A stretch of DNA of 64,000 nucleotides from Gammaproteobacteria bacterium (GTDB lineage: Bacteria > Pseudomonadota > Gammaproteobacteria > Eutrophobiales > Eutrophobiaceae), in contig JAJFKM010000041.1 in NCBI GenBank assembly GCA_021773215.1, forward strand, positions 1,099 to 65,098. The letters are read 5' to 3'. Positions 41,285 to 49,609 of the stretch are shown one piece after another. The translations under genes and the position numbers were made by a program. Positions within the stretch are counted from its first letter, which is position 1, and each line of letters starts with the position of its first letter. The notes under the pieces are model-generated. The model was not told where the DNA came from. It did not search any database and worked only from the letters and a program-made list of their open reading frames with translations.

Positions 41285-42716
41285 CCTGCTGAAAGGTTTG
41301 ATTTAGTACAATACAAAGCAGCGCTATTATAAATCCTGGAACGAGCTCATATAGTTCAAACAATCGATAACTGGATTCAATATTTTTCCAGACAATAACC
41401 GTTATGCCGCCTGACATCATGCCGATTACTGCTGAACTTTTATGCATTGAATTCCAGAATAAAGATAAAAGAACAACAGGACCAAAAGTTGCACCAAAAC
41501 CTGCCCAGGCATAGGCAACAAGTTCTAGTACATTATTATCGGGTTTTAAAGCAAGTATTGTTGCAAAAATTGTAATAATGATGACAGCCAGTCGACCGAT
41601 TAAGACCAATTGTTTATCCATCACTTTAACACTTATGATTTTATAAATATCTTCAGTCAGCGCAGAAGAAGCGACCAATAATTGCGAGTCAGCGGTACTC
41701 ATAATCGCCGCCAGAATAGCTGCTAGACATATCCCCGCTGGAACAGGGTGTAAGAGCAAATTCAACAATTCAATAAAAACCTTTTCACTGTCACCACTTT
41801 GTAGTTGATTGCCCAATAGTACGCTACCAGCAAAGCCAATAAACAAAGCGCTCATCAAGCTAATCAGAGTCCAGCTCAAAGCAATTCGTCTGGCTGAAGG
41901 GATTTTCCCAGGAGTCTTGATTGCCATAAAGCGGATTAAAATATGTGGTTGCCCAAAATACCCCAAGCCCCAAGCTAGTAGCGATACGATACCAATAAAA
42001 CCTAATGCTTCGCCCGAGGCCAAGGTGAAGGCATTGATTAATTCAGGGTTTTGCTTCGACATTGATGAGAATAAGACATCGATACCATGAAGATTATAAA
42101 CAGAGATGATGGCGACATAACTCAATGCAAATGCCATCAATAAACCCTGTATTAAGTCGGTCCAGGATACAGCGAGGAATCCACCGAGACTGGTATAGGC
42201 CAGAATGGCAATCGCACCCGTTATAACGGCCCACGTGTAGGACAAGCCAAATACAGATTCGAATAATTTTCCACCAGCGACGAGTCCAGAACTGGTGTAG
42301 AACATATAAAACAATAGGATAAACACTGCAGAAATGATGCGTAGTAAATGACTGTTGTCTTTAAATCGGTTTTCAAGATATTCAGGTAAGGTTAGAGCAT
42401 TATTGAGTAATTCAGTATTGATCCGTAGTCGTGGTGCTACCAAATACCAATTAAGGCAGGTGCCTATAAATAAACCAATTGCAATCCAAATGGCTTCAAA
42501 CCCGGCAAGAAAAGCATAACCAGGTAAGCCTAATAACAACCAACCACTCATATCAGAGGCGCCGGCACTAATTGCTGTTGCCCAAGCCCCTAGTCTTCTA
42601 CCACCGAGTATAAAGTCTGAAAGGCTATGTGTGTTACGCCATGCAACTAGACCAATGACAAAGATCATTACTAGATAAAGTAAAAAAGTAATGAATATGA
42701 CGGTCTGACTTGTCAT
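41262..42716 (-). CDS. sodium:solute symporter family transporter (PutP-like sodium/proline symporter)
   Basis: 484 aa with about 13 TM helices. The SSF signature region GLPGYAFLAGFEAIWIAIG...TSLGGFLAVSWTD is present. Confidence 0.8.
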   Translation of the reverse strand: MTSQTVIFITFLLYLVMIFVIGLVAWRNTHSLSDFILGGRRLGAWATAISAGASDMSGWLLLGLPGYAFLAGFEAIWIAIGLFIGTCLNWYLVAPRLRINTELLNNALTLPEYLENRFKDNSHLLRIISAVFILLFYMFYTSSGLVAGGKLFESVFGLSYTWAVITGAIAILAYTSLGGFLAVSWTDLIQGLLMAFALSYVAIISVYNLHGIDVLFSSMSKQNPELINAFTLASGEALGFIGIVSLLAWGLGYFGQPHILIRFMAIKTPGKIPSARRIALSWTLISLMSALFIGFAGSVLLGNQLQSGDSEKVFIELLNLLLHPVPAGICLAAILAAIMSTADSQLLVASSALTEDIYKIISVKVMDKQLVLIGRLAVIIITIFATILALKPDNNVLELVAYAWAGFGATFGPVVLLSLFWNSMHKSSAVIGMMSGGITVIVWKNIESSYRLFELYELVPGFIIALLCIVLNQTFQQAKLRRGV

Positions 42717-42719
42717 TGT

Positions 42720-43718
42720 TTAAATCGAATCATGACACGGGAAGAATTTTTCAGAAGGGATATGTTCAAGAATAATATCTTTACAGAACTCAAGCATGCC
42801 ATTACGAATCTCAGCAGGGTAGCCGATGTTGTTATCTTCTTCTTCCATGGGCGATGAAAATAGTTTTTCATCAGGATAAAGTTTCTCTACTTTTCGGAAG
42901 TAAGCTTTTGGTAGTCTAAAACTACCTAGACTGACAGAATGGATTAAGTCCAAGTTTATACTTGAGAATACTCGAGTAAATAGCTCTGCGTATTCTTTCT
43001 CATACTCTTTTGTGTAGATTAGCGGATCGAAGCGTAAGCCTATCAGCCAACCGGCTCGTTGTAAGTCAATGATCGCCTTGAGTCGTTTTTCGACATTCGG
43101 TGCTTTGTGTTCCAGTGCTGAGGCGATCTTGTTGGGTGTGAAACTAAACGCGATGACACAGTTTTGAATAGGATCTCGTTTTAATAGATTTCTAATCTGT
43201 GTGCTTTTAGTTCTCAACTCAAGTAATGCTTGTGGGTTCTTTTCAAAGAAGGGTAAGAACTCCTCAGTGAAATTTGTCACGGGATCTAACGCAAGACTGT
43301 CGCAATCATAACCAGAGAAAAAATGCACAGCTTGATCCTTGTGCTGCGCTAATGAGGTTTGCATATCATCGATAAAGTCTTCGTAGTTAATAAACAATAC
43401 ATAATGCGCAGACTGAAACATGCCTTGTAGAAAACAATAGCGGCAGTCATACAGACAATTCAGCATGTGTGAGAAATAATAATTATGATCAGCGCCAATG
43501 GCATACTGCTTAGGCGTGGCCAACACCATACCTTTATGCTTTTTAGCTAGTATTAATGCAGGTTGTTTCTTTTGCAGTCTAAAGTTCTGTGACTTGCGAT
43601 TGAATATTTCACCGTAACGTTCACAAGCCACCTTCGATGCGTCAGGAAATCGTTTTAGAATCTCCAAAGTGCGTGGATGTTCTGCAATCTCTTTTTCTAT
43701 ATAGATCGTGTTAATCAT
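42720..43718 (-). CDS. radical SAM enzyme of the spore-photoproduct-lyase (SplB-like) family
   Basis: CxxxCxxC (CLYDCRYC). N-terminus MINTIYIEKEIAEHPRTLEIL resembles B. subtilis SplB ...LVYIEPRALEYPLGKEL. Start is taken at the internal ATG giving an ATGATTAA overlap with the upstream gene; the track ORF extends to 43778. Confidence 0.65.
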   Translation of the reverse strand: MINTIYIEKEIAEHPRTLEILKRFPDASKVACERYGEIFNRKSQNFRLQKKQPALILAKKHKGMVLATPKQYAIGADHNYYFSHMLNCLYDCRYCFLQGMFQSAHYVLFINYEDFIDDMQTSLAQHKDQAVHFFSGYDCDSLALDPVTNFTEEFLPFFEKNPQALLELRTKSTQIRNLLKRDPIQNCVIAFSFTPNKIASALEHKAPNVEKRLKAIIDLQRAGWLIGLRFDPLIYTKEYEKEYAELFTRVFSSINLDLIHSVSLGSFRLPKAYFRKVEKLYPDEKLFSSPMEEEDNNIGYPAEIRNGMLEFCKDIILEHIPSEKFFPCHDSI

Positions 43719-44529
43719 GGATTGCAAAATCTGACTCGGCGAGTTTGCCCTGTACCTGTTTGTTGAGTGCCTTGCCATTTTTTATATCACGTACAAATTT
43801 CATGATATCATCATCAGGGAATCGGACGGGCCATTGACGTAATAAACGTACAAGCTGTAGACGTTCGGACTGTGTGAAATGGTATTGCTCGATCAGTGTT
43901 TGGTAATGTTCTGGCTGAGTCTTTATTGATCTAAGTTCTTCAGAGAGTGGTTTGAGCGAATCCAACACCTGCTCTATCGTTGTCATATGCTTAGCGATTA
44001 ATTTTTTAACACTATCAGCATTGATCTTGTCAGCAGGGTGTTCCTGATTGTCTGAAACTATCTTTAGGCAATGAATCAATTCGGCAGTACCGAGACGCAA
44101 TGCCATTTGGTAAAAGCCAGCGGCTTCCATATCGAATAGAGCATCTTGATATTCAGTTGAAGGGGTGTCGTGAGTGATCAAAGCAGCACTAGTGCAATCG
44201 GTTTTAAACAATATCTGTGGATACCAGCTTGTTTTGTGTTGATTGTCTGTAATCTTATTAACAAGACACGCCTCGCCAACAGAGATATTCGCATGCCCGG
44301 CAATGCCTATGTTCAACCAAATGTCGGATGAAGATGTATCCAAGCAGGCATGGTGATAAGTTACTGCCGCTGCTGCATTTAGTTTTCCAATACCCGTAAT
44401 AGCGAGGCTAATATTTTTATCTTGAGATTGATAGAGACGAAACAGTTCGAATTCTTTTATTTCACATAGCTTGAAATGTTGAATGAGTGTTTCTGCTTCA
44501 CAGGGAAGTGCACAAAATAGATGAATCAT
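43711..44529 (-). CDS. PNP_UDP_1-family nucleosidase (MTA/SAH nucleosidase, futalosine hydrolase or HpnG-like) with a ~70-aa C-terminal extension
   Basis: Aligns with E. coli MtnN blocks: ITGIGKLNAAAAV vs SGIGKVAAALGA; WLNIGIAGH vs VINTGSAGG; FDMEAAGFYQ vs VEMEATAIAH; LKIVSDNQE vs VRAISDVAD. Confidence 0.65.
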   Translation of the reverse strand: MIHLFCALPCEAETLIQHFKLCEIKEFELFRLYQSQDKNISLAITGIGKLNAAAAVTYHHACLDTSSSDIWLNIGIAGHANISVGEACLVNKITDNQHKTSWYPQILFKTDCTSAALITHDTPSTEYQDALFDMEAAGFYQMALRLGTAELIHCLKIVSDNQEHPADKINADSVKKLIAKHMTTIEQVLDSLKPLSEELRSIKTQPEHYQTLIEQYHFTQSERLQLVRLLRQWPVRFPDDDIMKFVRDIKNGKALNKQVQGKLAESDFAIHD

Positions 44530-44531
44530 CG

Positions 44532-45038
44532 TTATGTGTTTAAAGTATCTTTATTGGCTAGACAGGTATTAATAAAAGATTGCCATGTTTCATCGGGTTC
44601 CCAAACATCTAACATGTCTTGTCTAGCAGTGTCTTCATCACAATCATGTGTAATAACACGGTATAAATAGATGAAGCAGGAGACACGCCAGTTATAAGCA
44701 CAATGTACTAATATGCTTTTTTCTTTGTTTTGATCCATTGCCTGAAAGAAGCGTTCTATATCAGTAGTCTCAGGGTTTTTAAAATCGACCGGGATATGAA
44801 TGTAATCCATGGTGCTTTCCTGCACGACATCATGTTCATTCTCGATTGCACCGGGAGAATCAGGAAAGGCCAAGTTGATGATCAAATCAACACCGGCTTG
44901 TTTTATCGATTTAAACTGGTCAACAGTTGGTTGTGCTGCAGTATGCAGTGTGTCGGATATTTTGCGGTATGTTTTTATGTCTTCAAGCATAGTGTTTTGC
45001 CATGGCCTCAAATTCTTCACAATATTCATTCTTGCCAT
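44532..45038 (-). CDS. dual-specificity-phosphatase-like protein (DUF442/PTP-like fold) with a shortened C-x4-R P-loop
   Basis: VHCAYNWRVS resembles a PTP P-loop but has 4 rather than 5 residues between Cys and Arg. About 165 aa. Overlaps the upstream GT2 gene by 56 nt. Confidence 0.4.
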   Translation of the reverse strand: MARMNIVKNLRPWQNTMLEDIKTYRKISDTLHTAAQPTVDQFKSIKQAGVDLIINLAFPDSPGAIENEHDVVQESTMDYIHIPVDFKNPETTDIERFFQAMDQNKEKSILVHCAYNWRVSCFIYLYRVITHDCDEDTARQDMLDVWEPDETWQSFINTCLANKDTLNT

Positions 45039-45807
45039 GTTTTTCTGCGCCTTTCAGAAAAATGCTTATCTTGTTAGTTAACATATCAATTGCTGCTTCG
45101 CGATCTGAATCGCTTAACTTTTGTGATTCGATGCATTTTTTCAAGGCTATAATTCGAAACCGATCCATGCCCCAATGTTGTCTTGATAATTGGTCTTCAT
45201 GGCCACCAAATTTATTCGTTAACGCCTCGTCAATAAACAACACCGGATAATGGCAACAAATCCGTAACCACATATCGTAATCTTCACATGCCGGGAGGTT
45301 TTCATCAAACAAACCGACCTTATCAAACAGTTCTTTTTTAATTATTACCGATGATGGTGAAATAGCACAAAGTGGCAAGCAGTATTGAAAGATATTGCCA
45401 CCGTGTTTTTCGTGTTTCTGTCCTTGGTTTAGAATCTTGCCATTGCGATACCATATCTCATTGGTATGACATAAGAGATAGTCGGGATTCTCTGTGAGTG
45501 CCTTGCATTGTTTTTCAAGTTTGTCGGGCTGCCAACTGTCATCTGAGTCAAGCAAACAAACCCATTCGCATGTGGTTGCATTTATCCCTGTATTCCTCGC
45601 TGTGCTAACCCCCATATTTGTTTGATTTATATAGCGTACTTGAGAGTAGTTATCTTCGATGAGCTGTTGTGTGTTATCAGTAGACCCATCATCAATAACA
45701 ATAATCTCGGTAGCAGGATAAGTCTGAGCAACAACCGATGCTATAGCGCGTTCGAGAAGCACCGCACGGTTGTAGGTAGGGATTATTACAGCAACTTTTT
45801 TTAACAT
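44983..45807 (-). CDS. family-2 glycosyltransferase
   Basis: VIIPTYNRAVLLERAIASVVAQTY...IIVIDDGSTDNT...LLDSDDSW carries the GT2 DxD motifs. First gene of the minus-strand operon. Confidence 0.8.
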   Translation of the reverse strand: MLKKVAVIIPTYNRAVLLERAIASVVAQTYPATEIIVIDDGSTDNTQQLIEDNYSQVRYINQTNMGVSTARNTGINATTCEWVCLLDSDDSWQPDKLEKQCKALTENPDYLLCHTNEIWYRNGKILNQGQKHEKHGGNIFQYCLPLCAISPSSVIIKKELFDKVGLFDENLPACEDYDMWLRICCHYPVLFIDEALTNKFGGHEDQLSRQHWGMDRFRIIALKKCIESQKLSDSDREAAIDMLTNKISIFLKGAEKHGKNEYCEEFEAMAKHYA

Positions 45808-46106
45808 GCCAAAATAGGTGGTGTCAGTTAGAATAGCGCGCTCACGATAAACGACTTAATCTAACTTGCCAATCGTTGTTGAACGGCACTTAATAAAATA
45901 TTATGTATTTTAAACCAGTAACTTATCATATTACAGTTGATAAACTGTTTACAAAAATAGCCTACGCAAATGATTGCACGTATTTTAGGCCCATTTGCTT
46001 GACGGCAAAAGTCTTGCGTAGACTAACTATGCGCGACTTTTTAGTCGGCGTAACTAAAGCTAAAATACGCACACTCATTTGCGTTCAACTACGATTGGCA
46101 AGTTAA

Positions 46107-46862
46107 ATGGAACGCCTCAAAAATAAAATAGCAGTCATTACTGGTGCCAGCAGTGGTATAGGTGCTGGGATCGCAGCATTATTCGCAAAAGAAGGGGCTG
46201 CGGTTGTTGTTAATTACCGTAAATCCAAAGATAGTGCAGAAAAAGTGGTCGATGAAATTAAGGACATGGGGCAGAGAGCGATTGCTATTCAAGCAGATAT
46301 GGCAAATAAAGAGGATATTGCTCGTCTTATTGCAACAACCTTGTCAGAATTTGGCCGTATTGATATCTGGGTTAATAATGCGGGTGCAGATATTCTTACT
46401 GGTGCGGGTGCATCAGCTAAGCTCGATGAAAAGTTAGACCAACTATTAAACGTTGATCTCAAGGGCACGATGAATGCCTGTTGGTCGATAACATCAATGA
46501 TGCAAGCACAAGGTTCAGGCGTGATTGTGAATATGGGTTGGGACTTATCAACGCATGGATTTGAAGGTACAAACCCACAAATATTTGCCGCATCAAAAGC
46601 AGGTGTATTGGGATTTACCCGATCCTTCGCTAAAACGGTTGGCCCTGAAATTCGAGTCAACATGGTCTCTCCTGGATGGATAGCGACTTCCTTTGCTGAA
46701 GAACATATGCAAGATGAATATTTTCAAGCAAGAATAAAGGAGATTCCTTTAGGACGCTTTGGAAAACCGGAAGATGTAGCAGCAGCAGTTTTGTTTTTAG
46801 CCTCTGATGAATCATCTTACTTATCAGGAGAGTCGATCAATATTAATGGTGGCTTGGTTTAA
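46107..46862 (+). CDS. SDR-family oxidoreductase (FabG-like 3-oxoacyl reductase)
   Basis: TGASSGIGAGIA, NNAG, and the catalytic S...YxxxK (AASKAGVLGFTRSFAK). 251 aa. Confidence 0.85.
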   Translation: MERLKNKIAVITGASSGIGAGIAALFAKEGAAVVVNYRKSKDSAEKVVDEIKDMGQRAIAIQADMANKEDIARLIATTLSEFGRIDIWVNNAGADILTGAGASAKLDEKLDQLLNVDLKGTMNACWSITSMMQAQGSGVIVNMGWDLSTHGFEGTNPQIFAASKAGVLGFTRSFAKTVGPEIRVNMVSPGWIATSFAEEHMQDEYFQARIKEIPLGRFGKPEDVAAAVLFLASDESSYLSGESININGGLV

Positions 46863-46890
46863 TAAATAACTTTTACTAATTATTGAAATT

Positions 46891-47271
46891 ATGTCTGAAG
46901 AATCTAAAAAAAATGGTATTAAAGTACGCACAGAAGTCATGGGCGAAAAATTTGTGCAACGTGCTGTTGATAACACGACGGAATTAACTGCACCATTACA
47001 AGACTGGATCAATGAACATGCTTGGGGCTCTACCTGGCAACGTGATGGCTTGCCACGACAAACACGATCATTGATTACTATTGCTATGCTCGCAGCGCTT
47101 AAGTCACCGACCGAATTAAAAGGTCACGTCCGTGGCGCTTTGAACAATGGCTGTTCAGTTGAAGAGATACAGGAAGTATTATTACACTCGGTTGTCTATA
47201 GCGGTGCTCCAGCAGCACAAGAAGCCTTTCGTGCTGCACAAGAAGTTATAGATGAATGGCAAAAAAGGTAG
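46891..47271 (+). CDS. carboxymuconolactone decarboxylase-family protein (gamma-CMD/AhpD-like)
   Basis: VRTEVMGEKF...WQRDGLPRQTRSLITIAMLAAL...ELKGHVRGALNNGCSVEEIQEVLLHSVVYSGAP fits the PcaC-type pattern. Confidence 0.7.
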   Translation: MSEESKKNGIKVRTEVMGEKFVQRAVDNTTELTAPLQDWINEHAWGSTWQRDGLPRQTRSLITIAMLAALKSPTELKGHVRGALNNGCSVEEIQEVLLHSVVYSGAPAAQEAFRAAQEVIDEWQKR

Positions 47272-47286
47272 TGTTTCTATAAACAA

Positions 47287-47802
47287 TCAGTAATGAATCA
47301 AAGAGTGAACATTATATTTAGATAGTTTCTCTCTGCCTTTCAGGAAATCCAGTTCAACTACAAACGCACAGGCAGCGACTTCAGCGCCCAGCTTTTCAAT
47401 CAATTGGCAACTGGCCGCTGCAGTACCACCGGTTGCGATAAGATCATCAACCAATAACACACGGTCTCCTTTCTTCAGAGCATCGGTATGGACTTCCAGT
47501 GTGGCTGAACCGTATTCGAGATCGTAGGACATGCTTTGAACGTCATAAGGTAATTTGCCAGGTTTGCGTAATGGGATGAAACCAATGCCGAGTTCCCATG
47601 CAGCGAGGCTGCCGAAGATAAAGCCACGTGCTTCCATTCCTGCTACTGCTGTAATGTTTTCTCCAAGGAATGGATGAATTAATTGATTTACTGCTAGCCG
47701 CAGCATGGCAGGTTCTTTGACAAGCGGAGTAATATCCTTGAACTGTATGCCTGGTTCAGGAAAGTCCGGGATATTACGAATATGAGCTTCTAAACGTTTC
47801 AT
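47287..47802 (-). CDS. apt: adenine phosphoribosyltransferase
   Basis: 171 aa. PRPP-binding motif VLLVDDLIATGGTA and the flexible-loop region. Confidence 0.9.
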   Translation of the reverse strand: MKRLEAHIRNIPDFPEPGIQFKDITPLVKEPAMLRLAVNQLIHPFLGENITAVAGMEARGFIFGSLAAWELGIGFIPLRKPGKLPYDVQSMSYDLEYGSATLEVHTDALKKGDRVLLVDDLIATGGTAAASCQLIEKLGAEVAACAFVVELDFLKGREKLSKYNVHSLIHY

Positions 47803-47919
47803 GAAATGTCTCCAAATTGCGTTATAATTTTTTCTCTATAATAAACGCTAATTAATATAGAAGGGAATTCATCTGTCCTTCTAAATAAATTTTATCTGGT
47901 TAATTAAGAAATAATACAA

Positions 47920-48588
47920 ATGCAGACATTTGAGACTATATACGAAGGCGCCTTAGACAGAAAAGGAGGTGTTGAGGCCCTAGAAACATTATTGCCCATA
48001 CCTCGTACGCAAAAAGAGCTTAAAAAACTTTTAGACGAATTTTGTTTATCGAATATGTGTCGACGTATTTTTCAAGCAGGTTTAAATCGCAAGATTATTG
48101 ACAATAAATGGCCGGCATTTGAAGAAGTCTTTCATCAGTTTGATATCAACGCAGTAAGGATGATGAGTGATGATGCACTTCAGAATTTGATGGATGATAA
48201 ACGCATTGTACGGCATTGGGGCAAGATTCAAAGTGTACGACATAATGCACAGACTATTTATGAATTAAATGAAGAGCAGGGTGGCTTTGTTAATTACCTG
48301 GCGGAATGGCCTTCTGATAATATTGTTGAGTTCTGGGATGTGCTAAAAAAGCGCTTCAAGCAATTAGGCGGTGCATCCGGGCCATATTTTTTAAGGCGTA
48401 TAAAAAAAGACACATTTTTCTTAACACAAGATGTCATCAGGGCTATGGCACGTTGGGGCGCTATTGATGAAGAACCTAAGAATAAAAAGCAGAAAAAACA
48501 TGTGCAGGATTGTATGAATGTCTGGCAAGAAGAGAGTCAGAGACCCTATTGTCAAATCAGTATGATATTAGCGCAATCGGTAGATTAG
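47920..48588 (+). CDS. tag: DNA-3-methyladenine glycosylase I
   Basis: IVRHWGKIQSVRHNAQ vs E. coli Tag IIRHRGKIQAIIGNAR. HhH-GPD-like fold signature with a C-terminal Cys/His-rich zinc site region. Confidence 0.7.
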   Translation: MQTFETIYEGALDRKGGVEALETLLPIPRTQKELKKLLDEFCLSNMCRRIFQAGLNRKIIDNKWPAFEEVFHQFDINAVRMMSDDALQNLMDDKRIVRHWGKIQSVRHNAQTIYELNEEQGGFVNYLAEWPSDNIVEFWDVLKKRFKQLGGASGPYFLRRIKKDTFFLTQDVIRAMARWGAIDEEPKNKKQKKHVQDCMNVWQEESQRPYCQISMILAQSVD

Positions 48589-48589
48589 T

Positions 48590-49084
48590 ATGGGACGTTG
48601 GCGACCACCGGCACCTAAGTCTGCCCCGTACATTACTCCGGAAGGTTATAGAAAACTGGAACAGGAGAATGCTGCTTTATGGACAAAGCGAAATATTGTC
48701 GCAAAGGCCGTTACTGCAGCAGCAGCAGAGGGTGATCGATCTGAGAATGCTGAGTATATTTATCGTAAAAAGCAATTACGTGAGATTGATTCACGTATAG
48801 GCTATTTACAACGGCGCATGCCTAATCTCACGGTTGTCCGAGATATACAAGATACTACTAAAATATTTTTTGGTGCGTGGGCAACGCTTGAAGATGAGAA
48901 TGGCGAAGAACGTCGTCATCGTATTGTCGGTGCAGATGAGTTTGACCAAAATGAGCAGTACATTACAGTTGATTCACCATTAGCAAAATTATTACTCGGT
49001 AAAACTGTGGATAATGAAATAGTCTTTGAAAGAGAAGGTGCAAAGCAATATTTGACTATCATCAATATTGAATATGCCGACTAG
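48590..49084 (+). CDS. greB: transcription elongation factor GreB (Gre family)
   Basis: ITPEGYRKLEQE...DRSENAEYIYRKKQLREIDSRIGYLQRRM matches GreB TREGYEKLKQE...DRSENADYQYNKKRLREIDRRVRYL, and the basic N-terminus fits GreB. Confidence 0.8.
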   Translation: MGRWRPPAPKSAPYITPEGYRKLEQENAALWTKRNIVAKAVTAAAAEGDRSENAEYIYRKKQLREIDSRIGYLQRRMPNLTVVRDIQDTTKIFFGAWATLEDENGEERRHRIVGADEFDQNEQYITVDSPLAKLLLGKTVDNEIVFEREGAKQYLTIINIEYAD

Positions 49085-49123
49085 AGGCTATCAAAACCAT
49101 TCTAAATTATAATTAGCAAGAAG

Positions 49124-49603
49124 GTGCGACGCATGATTAAAAAAATAAATATTCTGATTCTAATGCTCTTCAGTAGTTTTATTCATGCTGGAGAAGACCA
49201 AAGTGCTATTTTTTCTGTAAGCGCAGAAAGACCTGGCGAAGAGGTATATCAATCGGTTTATAAATCTCTGGAAGAATCGCGTTTCTATGTCATCTTTGAA
49301 GCAAATATAGGAAAAAATCTAGCGCGTAATGCTGAGCGTTGGGGAGATGAATACAATAGGAATAAATTCGAGTTTGTTAAATCAATGGTGGTATGTAATC
49401 CCTATTATACTAATCAGGTGATGAATCTTGATCCAGAGATGATGGCGTTATGTCCACTTACGGTTACAGTTATACATAAGGAAGGAAGTAGTACAGTATT
49501 ATTCAGAAAACTAACGCCGACAGGAAAGGGGAGTGGAGCAGAGGATGTTTTATGGGAAGTTGAAAATACTATAATTACGGCGATTGAGAATGCCGTTGAC
49601 TAG
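49124..49603 (+). CDS. secreted DUF302-like protein
   Basis: Signal peptide MRRMIKKINILILMLFSSFIHA. The approximate pattern of DUF302 proteins is present. Weak assignment. Confidence 0.4.
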   Translation: MRRMIKKINILILMLFSSFIHAGEDQSAIFSVSAERPGEEVYQSVYKSLEESRFYVIFEANIGKNLARNAERWGDEYNRNKFEFVKSMVVCNPYYTNQVMNLDPEMMALCPLTVTVIHKEGSSTVLFRKLTPTGKGSGAEDVLWEVENTIITAIENAVD

Positions 49604-49609
49604 TGACAG

